Shown one piece after another: positions 22,413 to 29,584 of a DNA stretch of 64,000 nt (positions within the stretch are counted from its first letter, which is position 1; every line of letters starts with the position of its first letter). A program made the position numbers and the translations under genes. Where the stretch lies: positions 3,484 to 67,483 of the forward strand of contig JACQUO010000034.1 of assembly GCA_016210205.1 (NCBI GenBank), written 5' to 3'. The stretch is from Chloroflexota bacterium. Its GTDB lineage: Bacteria; Chloroflexota; Dehalococcoidia; JACQUO01. The notes under the pieces were generated by a model, which searched no databases, had not been told where the DNA came from, and worked only from the letters and a program-made list of their open reading frames with translations.

Positions 22413-22437
22413 TTGATACCTGAGAGTGCGGTGGCGA

Positions 22438-23811
22438 TTATACGACGCGGATGCCGAACTCCCGAGCCTTGCGCTTGGCCTCCTGCATCTGCTTGGGGGC
22501 GTGGCCCAATATCACATAGGCTGACCCCTGGAGCAGCCACATGGCGGCTATGTAGAGGAAGGACATCCGGTAGTTGCCGAAGACATCCGCCAGCCAGCCC
22601 ACGAAGAAGGGGCCCCCGGCGCCGAAACCGATGTCGATGAGCTGGGTCATGCCGGCCAGGGTAGCATACCACTTGCGGCCGAACCACGAGGCCCGCAGGT
22701 GCCCGCCCACCGCGGGCGAGGAGCCGAAGGCGGCCCCATTGAGCACCACCCAGACCCAGACCCAGAGGTCATTCTTGCCAGCGATGAGCAGGGCCAGGGG
22801 TATGGTGGGCAGGGCCTGGCCCCAATATGCCCAGACCTGGAACCACTTGGGATTTATTCGGTCGGCCCAGGCCGCCACCGCCAGCCGCCCCAGGAGGGTG
22901 GCGGGGAAGAACATGGCGTAGAAGAAGGCCGCCTGCCCCGAGGTGTAGCCCTCGGCCTGCAGATGGGCCGCGAACCAGGTCTGGGTGCCGAAGGTGGTGA
23001 AGCCCCCGAAGGCCCCCGAGATGGCCAGGCACCAGAAGGCCCGGGTCTTGAAGGCATCCCTTACCCCCATATCGGGGAGGAAGTCATCGGCGGTCATGAC
23101 CTTGATGGCGCCTTTGGACTTGGCCGCCTCCAGCTCCTCCTTGGTGCGCTCGTGGGGCAGCTTCTCGTTGTCCGGCAGCAGCCCGTAGTGCTGGGGCGCT
23201 TTGGTGGGATAGAGGAACCAGTTGACGGGCACCAGGGTGAAAAAGCAAAGGGCGCTGATGAAGGCCGCGCCCCGCCAGCCCCAAACCGATTGGGCGACGA
23301 GCTCCGTCATGCCCACGAAGACCATGCCCCCGAAGGCGGCCCCGATGGTGAGCAGGCCCATCATCCGGCCCCGGTGCTTGATGAAGTACCAGGTCATCAC
23401 CTTGTTGCTAGTGAAGTAGAGGCCCGCCTGGCCCATGATGGCGATGACGAAACCCTTGGAGAACCACAGCCACCACACCTGGGGCACGGGCCACCACCAC
23501 ACCAGGACGTACCCGATGCCCCCAAAGAACAGGCAGACGCTGGACACCCACTTGGGCCCGGCGGTGTCCAGGAAGTAGCCGGCGATGGGGGCCTCAATGC
23601 CCGAATCTATCCGCTGGACGGTGTTGACGATGCCTATCTCCGAGTTCTTGAACTTGAACTCCTTGATGAAGTAGGGCACATAGACGCCCCAGGCATACAT
23701 GTAGACCCCGTAGCCCACGAAGGCGTTTAACATCCCTACTAACCAGTAGGTGTAGCCTGGGAAGATACGGGGGCGCTTCAGCGCCCATTTAACTTCGGCT
23801 TGCGTTGCCAT
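22438..23811 (-). CDS. MFS transporter (tentatively oxalate/formate antiporter-like family), paralog 1
   Basis: 457 aa, about 12 hydrophobic segments, with a long charged central loop. The subfamily call is tentative and from recollection. Confidence 0.75.
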   Translation of the reverse strand: MATQAEVKWALKRPRIFPGYTYWLVGMLNAFVGYGVYMYAWGVYVPYFIKEFKFKNSEIGIVNTVQRIDSGIEAPIAGYFLDTAGPKWVSSVCLFFGGIGYVLVWWWPVPQVWWLWFSKGFVIAIMGQAGLYFTSNKVMTWYFIKHRGRMMGLLTIGAAFGGMVFVGMTELVAQSVWGWRGAAFISALCFFTLVPVNWFLYPTKAPQHYGLLPDNEKLPHERTKEELEAAKSKGAIKVMTADDFLPDMGVRDAFKTRAFWCLAISGAFGGFTTFGTQTWFAAHLQAEGYTSGQAAFFYAMFFPATLLGRLAVAAWADRINPKWFQVWAYWGQALPTIPLALLIAGKNDLWVWVWVVLNGAAFGSSPAVGGHLRASWFGRKWYATLAGMTQLIDIGFGAGGPFFVGWLADVFGNYRMSFLYIAAMWLLQGSAYVILGHAPKQMQEAKRKAREFGIRVV

Positions 23812-24158
23812 GTCAGCCTCCTCGCTCTAAAGACCCCTCTCATCCACCACCAACCCCACCGGGGGGGCTGGCAACTGAGACCTATCTGCGGGCCGGGCCC
23901 CGCCGGACGCCGCCTTGGGGCGTCTATCCTGAAGCACCACCTCCTTTCGCCCCGAAAAACCTTGAGCCCGCTAAAAACACACAGACCTCCAGAGACCAAC
24001 TTATACCTTGGCCGCTGAAGGTCATCACCATCCCAAGCCCCACCGCCTTCTCGCTATTCAGTTGGGGAGAAACGAGTGCCTTTCCCTTGCCCGGGCCACA
24101 GCCACGCCCCTCATCCCAACCCCCAAAGGCCGAGCCAAAGCAAAAAAGCTTGTGGTTC

Positions 24159-24188
24159 ACTCTAACACATGCACCTGAAGCCAGTCAA
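24159..24188 (-). promoter_or_regulatory. candidate sigma70-type promoter for MFS paralog 1
   Basis: Minus strand reads TTGACT-18 nt-TAGAGT. This would give a ~340-nt leader. Confidence 0.4.
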
Positions 24189-24257
24189 CCCTTTCTCATT
24201 CGTGAATAAACGCACATACAGGCCAGAGGCCGCTCCCTCATACAGATGCTTTCTCAG

Positions 24258-24398
24258 CAGGCTGCTGAAAAACACCCCCAAACCCCCTCAAGGGGGTTCA
24301 TGGTATCCCCTTCGGGGATAGATTTGTATCTGGAGGACACCCCCAGACCCCCGTCAAAGGGGCTTCACCCCTCTGAACACCCCTTTTTCAGCACCCTG
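24258..24398 (+). repeat. 141-nt hairpin-rich repeat, family 1 (copy C), with 15-nt terminal inverted repeats
   Basis: The ends are caggctgctgaaaaa ... tttttcagcaccctg, matching 14/15 as an inverted repeat. The interior has hairpins acccccTCAAgggggt, tatccccTTCGgggata and aggggCTTCAcccct. It also carries the core ggacacccccagacccccg shared with the copies at 48242, 52414, 26205 and 45103. Confidence 0.85.
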
Positions 24399-24407
24399 TT
24401 AAGCCAG

Positions 24408-24440
24408 GCTGCGCCCCCGGTGGCCGGGGGCGCAGCTTTT
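24408..24440. terminator. perfect 13-bp GC hairpin directly 3' of MFS paralog 2
   Basis: Plus strand reads gctgcgcccccgg-tgg-ccgggggcgcagc-tttt, starting 18 nt from the MFS2 stop (24458-24460). The T-run is on the plus strand, so its efficiency for the minus-strand transcript is uncertain. Confidence 0.5.
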
Positions 24441-24457
24441 ACTTCTTCCCTCTAACC

Positions 24458-25828
24458 TCAGCCCGCCATGCGGATGCCCTGCTCTATGGCCTTGCGCCGC
24501 GCCTCCTTCATGGGCTTGGGGATGGTGGCGATGACCAGGAAGCCCAAGGACCCCACCAGGATATTGACCGCGGTGAAGTTAAGGCCGGCCTGGGTGCTCC
24601 CTGACACCTCGATAATGATGCCCATAATCAGCGCAGAGAACCCGGTAACCGGGGTTACAATCCCGTTGATAACCCCCTGGATGGTGGCGAACCACTTGCG
24701 GCCGAAGCAGGCAGCGTAGGCGTGGCCATAAACAGCCGGAAGGGCCCCAAAGGGGATGCCGTAGATGGGGGCGTAGGCCCAAATCATGACCCCAGGATTC
24801 CAAGCGGCATTGGCCAGGATGGCAAGCCCTAGGGCGCTCCCCACATAGGACAGGCCATAAAGCATAAGGGGATTGGTGCGGTCGGCCACGGCCGCCACAG
24901 TGAGCCGGCCCAGGACCGAGAAGGGCAGAAAGAGGCCGGCGATGGCCCCCGCCTCAGTGGGGGTGAAGCCCAACTTGCCGATGTGCAAGAAGGCGAACGC
25001 GGGTACGGCGAAGGCGAACCACCCACCCACTGCTGAGCCGAAGAGCAGGCCCCAGAAGGCCCGGGTCTTGAAAGCATCCCGTATCCCCATATCGGGCAGG
25101 AAGTCGTCCGCCGTCATCACCCGGGTGGCACCCCGTGCCTTGGCCGCCTCCAACTCCTCCTTGGTGCGCTCGTGAGGAAGCTTCTCGTTGTCCGGCAGCA
25201 GCCCATAGGCCTGGGGCGACTTGTTTTTCATGGTGAACCACGAGACCACAGCGCAAACCAGCAGGGCCGCGGCGGTAACCTGAGCGGCTACCTGCCAGTT
25301 GGCCCTCTCAATAACAGAGGCAATGAGGGGCGACATGATGGTGCCCCCGAGAGCCGCCCCCGTGGTCTGCAGGGCCAGCCAGCGGCCCCGGGTCCGGATG
25401 AAGTACCACTGGATGATTTTGTTAGTGCTGTTATAGAGGCCCCAGTTCATGGAGAGCTGAACCAAGCCCACATAGGTGATATAGACCCAGAGCGCGCTGG
25501 GGATGAGCCAGAGGGACAGCAAAAAGTAGCCCATGGCAGCGAGGAAGAAGCCCAGGACAATCATGTTCCGAGGCCCCCACCTGTCGATGAGATAGCCGGC
25601 CGGGGCCGCCTCGATGCCGCCTTCGAACCGGCCCAGGGCAGTAGTAACACCTATCTCTGCCGGCGTCACCAACTTCAGGCGCATGAGTTGGGCGGTAAAA
25701 GCACCCCAGGAATACATGTAGGCCCCGTAGCCCACACCGGCATTGACCCAAGCCCACACCAGGCTGATATAGCCCGGATATACGGCGGGGCGTTTCAGCG
25801 CGTATTTGATTTCCGTTTGAGTGGCCAT
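24458..25828 (-). CDS. MFS transporter, paralog 2
   Basis: 456 aa. Shares its architecture with 22438..23811, including a nearly identical central loop. Confidence 0.75.
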   Translation of the reverse strand: MATQTEIKYALKRPAVYPGYISLVWAWVNAGVGYGAYMYSWGAFTAQLMRLKLVTPAEIGVTTALGRFEGGIEAAPAGYLIDRWGPRNMIVLGFFLAAMGYFLLSLWLIPSALWVYITYVGLVQLSMNWGLYNSTNKIIQWYFIRTRGRWLALQTTGAALGGTIMSPLIASVIERANWQVAAQVTAAALLVCAVVSWFTMKNKSPQAYGLLPDNEKLPHERTKEELEAAKARGATRVMTADDFLPDMGIRDAFKTRAFWGLLFGSAVGGWFAFAVPAFAFLHIGKLGFTPTEAGAIAGLFLPFSVLGRLTVAAVADRTNPLMLYGLSYVGSALGLAILANAAWNPGVMIWAYAPIYGIPFGALPAVYGHAYAACFGRKWFATIQGVINGIVTPVTGFSALIMGIIIEVSGSTQAGLNFTAVNILVGSLGFLVIATIPKPMKEARRKAIEQGIRMAG

Positions 25829-26045
25829 CTAACCCTCCCCTTCCCTACCTCGAGATGAGCTATGAGACCTTGCCCCCTGCCCCTGGCAGCGCAGCCTGCC
25901 GGGACAGAGCAGCCATCTCTCAGCCAACCACAACTGTCATCAGCCCTCCCTCTGCCCGGAGCCCGCACCATCCTCTCTCTCAGCCCATGCTCCAGGGTGT
26001 TTTGCGCTGCCGAAGTCCTCCCCCAGAAATCCTCTGTCCCAGGCC

Positions 26046-26091
26046 AAAACAACAAGCCTCCAGGGGCCTTAGAGGCTCCCCCCGGAGGCTT
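26046..26091 (-). promoter_or_regulatory. terminator-like hairpin inside the MFS paralog 2 leader (possible attenuator)
   Basis: Minus strand has AAGCCTCC...GGAGGCTT (26091-26054) followed by GTTGTTTT. It lies about 70-110 nt downstream of the candidate promoter and about 220 nt before the start codon. Confidence 0.35.
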
Positions 26092-26157
26092 CGCTATCGC
26101 CACGCCGTTTTCCCATCCGCACACCGCTGCCTATTCGGTTAGACTAAAGATAGGCGA

Positions 26158-26186
26158 AGACTAGCACGGCCCCAAGGATATGTCAA
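26158..26186 (-). promoter_or_regulatory. candidate sigma70-type promoter for MFS paralog 2
   Basis: Minus strand reads TTGACA-17 nt-TAGTCT. Confidence 0.45.
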
Positions 26187-26204
26187 TAACCTCTGCGGGG
26201 GGCT

Positions 26205-26375
26205 TTTAGAAACGTTTGTTCACCACACAAATCTCCCCGCCTTCTGGACAACCTCACCCCCTCGTTCCCCCTCTCCTTGAAGGAGAGGGGGACGGTAAGG
26301 AAAACTGGGGGACACCCCAGACCCCCGGCAAAGGGGCTTTCGCCCCTCAGCACTCCCCAAGCGCTAATCGACCTC
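26205..26375 (+). repeat. 171-nt hairpin-rich repeat, family 2 (copy D)
   Basis: Begins tttagaaacg and ends gctaatcgacctc. Contains the hairpin ccccctctcctt-g-aaggagaggggg and the shared core gggggacaccccagacccccggcaaaggggctttcgcccctc. Homologous to 45103-45394. Confidence 0.8.
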
Positions 26376-26405
26376 CCTGTGGGAATCTCTATCCGCGTCA
26401 GCGTG

Positions 26406-27224
26406 TCAGGCCCAGGTCGGCTCGTCCTCCCAACCCAGCCGCAGCGCCAGGCACTTGGCGGCGCCGCCGGCCTTGAGGAACTCGGAGAGGTCCACCTCGT
26501 GCACCGCATACCCCCGGGCCTCCAGGCCCTGACGCAGCTGGGCGCAGCCGGCGTTCACCACCACCTGCCGCCCCACCACCACCGAGTTGCAGCCAAAGCG
26601 GTGGGCATCCTCGGCGCTCACCTCGATGGGCCGGGCGGTGTGCTGCTCGATGAGCCGCCGCGAGGCCGCCACGAAGGCGGGAGGATAGTAGAGCGCCGCC
26701 CCATCTGGCAGGGGGCAGAAGCAGGTGTCCAGGTGATAGAAGTAGGGGTCGGCCAGCTCCAGGGAGATGACCTCCTGCTGCAACAGCTCCCCGATGATGC
26801 GGTGGGAGTGGACATCGGTGCGGTAGTGGTAGCCCCCGAAGAGGCGCAGGCCGCAGGGAAGGAGGTCCCCCTCGCCCTCGAAGTAGTAGCCCCGGGGGAG
26901 GGTGAGCACCTGGTAGCCTCGCTGGGCGAACCAGGCGGCGAACAGGGGGGCCTCCGGGGCTCGCTGGTTGTAGCGGAAGTTGGCCCGGATGAAGCGCCGC
27001 CCGGCCACATAGCCCCCGTTGGCGGTGAAGACCAGGTCCGGGAGCCCGGGCACGGGTTCGATGAGCTTCACCGTGGCCCCCACCTCCTGGGTGAGGACGC
27101 GGTGCAGCTCCTCCCACTGATGCAGCGCCGCCTGGGAGCGCACCTGGCGGCGGCGGGACATCCAGGGGTTTATCTCATACTCAATGCGGTAGTAGTCGGG
27201 ACGGCACATGAGGAAGGAGGCCAT
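26406..27224 (-). CDS. amidinotransferase/DDAH-fold (guanidino-group-modifying enzyme superfamily) protein
   Basis: About 272 aa. Has the N-terminal FLMCRPDYYRIEYEINPWM and a C-terminal GGAAKCL (putative catalytic Cys). Start uncertain (ATG 27224 or TTG 27248). Confidence 0.65.
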   Translation of the reverse strand: MASFLMCRPDYYRIEYEINPWMSRRRQVRSQAALHQWEELHRVLTQEVGATVKLIEPVPGLPDLVFTANGGYVAGRRFIRANFRYNQRAPEAPLFAAWFAQRGYQVLTLPRGYYFEGEGDLLPCGLRLFGGYHYRTDVHSHRIIGELLQQEVISLELADPYFYHLDTCFCPLPDGAALYYPPAFVAASRRLIEQHTARPIEVSAEDAHRFGCNSVVVGRQVVVNAGCAQLRQGLEARGYAVHEVDLSEFLKAGGAAKCLALRLGWEDEPTWA

Positions 27225-27323
27225 GCCGCCAGGATACGCCCCTGGCAATTGAGGGTCAAGCCAGCCAAAGGAAAGCCCCTCCCGGCGAGGAGGGGGCCGC
27301 GGCTGCTGCCTCGGAAAAGGGGC

Positions 27324-28721
27324 TCAGGCGCCGCCCTTGAGGAAGGCGTCCATGGAGGCGGCGGCGCGCTTGCCCGCCCCCATGGCGGAGATGACGGTGG
27401 CGGCGCCGGTGACGATGTCGCCCCCGGCCCAGACCCGGTCCTTGGTGGTCTTGCCCGTCTCCTCGTCGGCCACCAGCGTCCCATGCGGGGTGGTCTGGAG
27501 CCCGGGCGTGGTGGCGGCGATGATGGGGTTGGGGGTGGTGCCAAGGGCGACCACCACGGTGTCCACTGGCAGCAGGAACTCGCTTCCTGGCATGGGGATG
27601 GGGCGGCGCCGGCCCGAGGCGTCGGGCTCCCCCAGCTTCATGCGGATGCACTCCATGCCCGTGACCAGCCCCCGTCCGCCCCCCACGAAGCCGACAGGGT
27701 TGGTGAGCACATGGAAGATGATGCCCTCCTCCTTGGCGTGCTCCACCTCCTCGTGGCGGGCGGGGAGCTCCACCTCGGAGCGCCGATAGACGATATAGAC
27801 CTGCTCCGCCCCCAGGCGCAGGGCCACCCGGGCGGCGTCCATGGCCACATTGCCCCCACCCACCACCGCCACCCGTTTGCCCATCTTGAGGGGGGTGTCG
27901 TAGCGGGGGAAGTCATAGGCCTTCATCAGGTTGGCCCGGGTCAGGAACTCGTTGGCGGAGTAGATGCCGTTCAGGTTCTCCCCGGGGACATTGAGGAACA
28001 TGGGAAGACCCGCCCCCGTCCCCAGGAAGACGGCGTGATAGCCGTCGGCCAATAGCTCGTCGATGGTGACGGAGCGGCCCACCACGGTGTCCAGGACAAT
28101 CTCCACCCCCAGGGCCGCGATGTTGTCAATCTCCGCCTGGACTATGCGCTTGGGCAGGCGGAACTCGGGGATGCCATAGACCAGCACCCCGCCGGCCACA
28201 TGGAGAGCCTCGTAGATGGTGACCTGGTGGCCCCGCCAGGCCAGGTCAGCGCCGCAGGTGAGCCCCGCCGGCCCGGAGCCGATGACGGCCACCCGCTTGC
28301 CCGTGGGCTTGGGCAGCTCCACATGAGCCTTATAGGCGGAATTAATCTCCCAGTCGGCCACAAAGCGCTCCAGGCGTCCGATGGCCACGGGAGCCCCCCG
28401 TTTGCCCACCACGCACTTGGCCTCGCACTGGCTCTCCTGGGGGCAGACCCGGCCGCAGATGGCGGGCAGGTTGTTCTTGCTCTTGAGGACCCGCACCGCC
28501 TCCTCCATGTTGCCCTCCCGCAGGGGCTTGATGAAATCGCGGATGTCGATGCCCACGGGGCAGCCCTGGGTGCAGAGGGGCTTGGGGCACTGGATGCAGC
28601 GGAGCGCCTCCTCCAGAGACAGCTCGGGGTTGTAGCCCAGGGTCACTTCACTGAAGTTGCGGCCGCGGGCCTTGGGGTCCTGGATGGGCATGTCCACGCG
28701 GTTGAGGTTGAGCTTAGCCAT
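27324..28721 (-). CDS. GltD-like NADPH-dependent oxidoreductase (NfnB / glutamate synthase small-chain family)
   Basis: 465 aa. N-terminal Cys clusters (CIQCPKPLC, CPVGIDI, CGRVCPQESQCEAKC). Two dinucleotide-binding motifs (VAVIGSGPAGL, VAVVGGGNVAMD). Confidence 0.8.
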   Translation of the reverse strand: MAKLNLNRVDMPIQDPKARGRNFSEVTLGYNPELSLEEALRCIQCPKPLCTQGCPVGIDIRDFIKPLREGNMEEAVRVLKSKNNLPAICGRVCPQESQCEAKCVVGKRGAPVAIGRLERFVADWEINSAYKAHVELPKPTGKRVAVIGSGPAGLTCGADLAWRGHQVTIYEALHVAGGVLVYGIPEFRLPKRIVQAEIDNIAALGVEIVLDTVVGRSVTIDELLADGYHAVFLGTGAGLPMFLNVPGENLNGIYSANEFLTRANLMKAYDFPRYDTPLKMGKRVAVVGGGNVAMDAARVALRLGAEQVYIVYRRSEVELPARHEEVEHAKEEGIIFHVLTNPVGFVGGGRGLVTGMECIRMKLGEPDASGRRRPIPMPGSEFLLPVDTVVVALGTTPNPIIAATTPGLQTTPHGTLVADEETGKTTKDRVWAGGDIVTGAATVISAMGAGKRAAASMDAFLKGGA

Positions 28722-28727
28722 AGGTTA

Positions 28728-29564
28728 TCACCACTGGGCGCAGTGCTCGCACTGCCAGAATGTGGAAAGCTGGTCTTCGTTGCCGGTGTAGGTGCAGCGC
28801 CGGGCCAGGAGCAAGTCCCACTCCACCAGATGGCCGTCGAAGGCAGGCCCGTCCACACAGGCGAACTTGGTGACTCCGCCCACGGCCACCCGGCAGGCCC
28901 CGCACATCCCGGTGCCGTCCACCATGATGGGGTTGAGGCTCACCACCGTCTTGATGCTGTAGGGCTTGGTGGTGAGGGAGACATAGCGCATGACGCAGGC
29001 CGGGCCGATGACCACCACCCGGTGGATGGGCTGGCCGCCCTGGAGCACCTGCCGCAGGGGCTGGATGACGAAGCTGGAGTGGTCGGCCCCGTTGCCCGCG
29101 CTGACAATCAGCTCGCTGCAGGCCGCCCGCAGGCGGTCCAGGCCGAAGAGGTATTCCCCCTGGCGCGCCCAGGCGATGCCTATGACGCGGTTGCCCGCCT
29201 CTTTGAGGGCCCGGGCGATGGGCACCATGGTGGCCATGCCGTAGCCCACGGCCACGCAGACCACCGTGCCAAAGCGGCCAATCTCCGCGGGTAGGCCCAG
29301 GGGCCCCACGAAGTTGGCGATGCTGTCGCCCTTCTGAAGCTCGGCCAGCTTCCTGGTGGTGCGGCCCACCGCGGCGAAGACGATGTCCACGGTGCCCCGC
29401 TCTCGGTCGAAGTCGGCGATGGTGAGGGGAATGCGCTCCCCCATCTCGTCCACCCGGAGCATGATGAACTGGCCCGGCTGAGCCTTCCTGGCCACCTGGG
29501 GCGCTTCAATGCGAAAAAGAAATATGTTAGGGGCTAGCTCTTCTCTAGCCGCTATGGGATACAC
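28728..29564 (-). CDS. PyrK-like FAD/[2Fe-2S] subunit (NfnA / SudB family)
   Basis: 278 aa. Ferredoxin-reductase-type fold with a C-terminal MVDGTGMCGACRV...FACVDGP cluster motif. Lies 6 nt upstream of the GltD-like gene. Confidence 0.8.
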   Translation of the reverse strand: MYPIAAREELAPNIFLFRIEAPQVARKAQPGQFIMLRVDEMGERIPLTIADFDRERGTVDIVFAAVGRTTRKLAELQKGDSIANFVGPLGLPAEIGRFGTVVCVAVGYGMATMVPIARALKEAGNRVIGIAWARQGEYLFGLDRLRAACSELIVSAGNGADHSSFVIQPLRQVLQGGQPIHRVVVIGPACVMRYVSLTTKPYSIKTVVSLNPIMVDGTGMCGACRVAVGGVTKFACVDGPAFDGHLVEWDLLLARRCTYTGNEDQLSTFWQCEHCAQW

Positions 29565-29584
29565 GGGGTGAGCCTCCGGGATTT

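Noticed and set aside
26277-28055. 592-aa plus-strand ORF
   Set aside because: It is antisense to the amidinotransferase-fold and NfnB-like genes and starts inside a repeat element. This is a high-G+C frame artefact.
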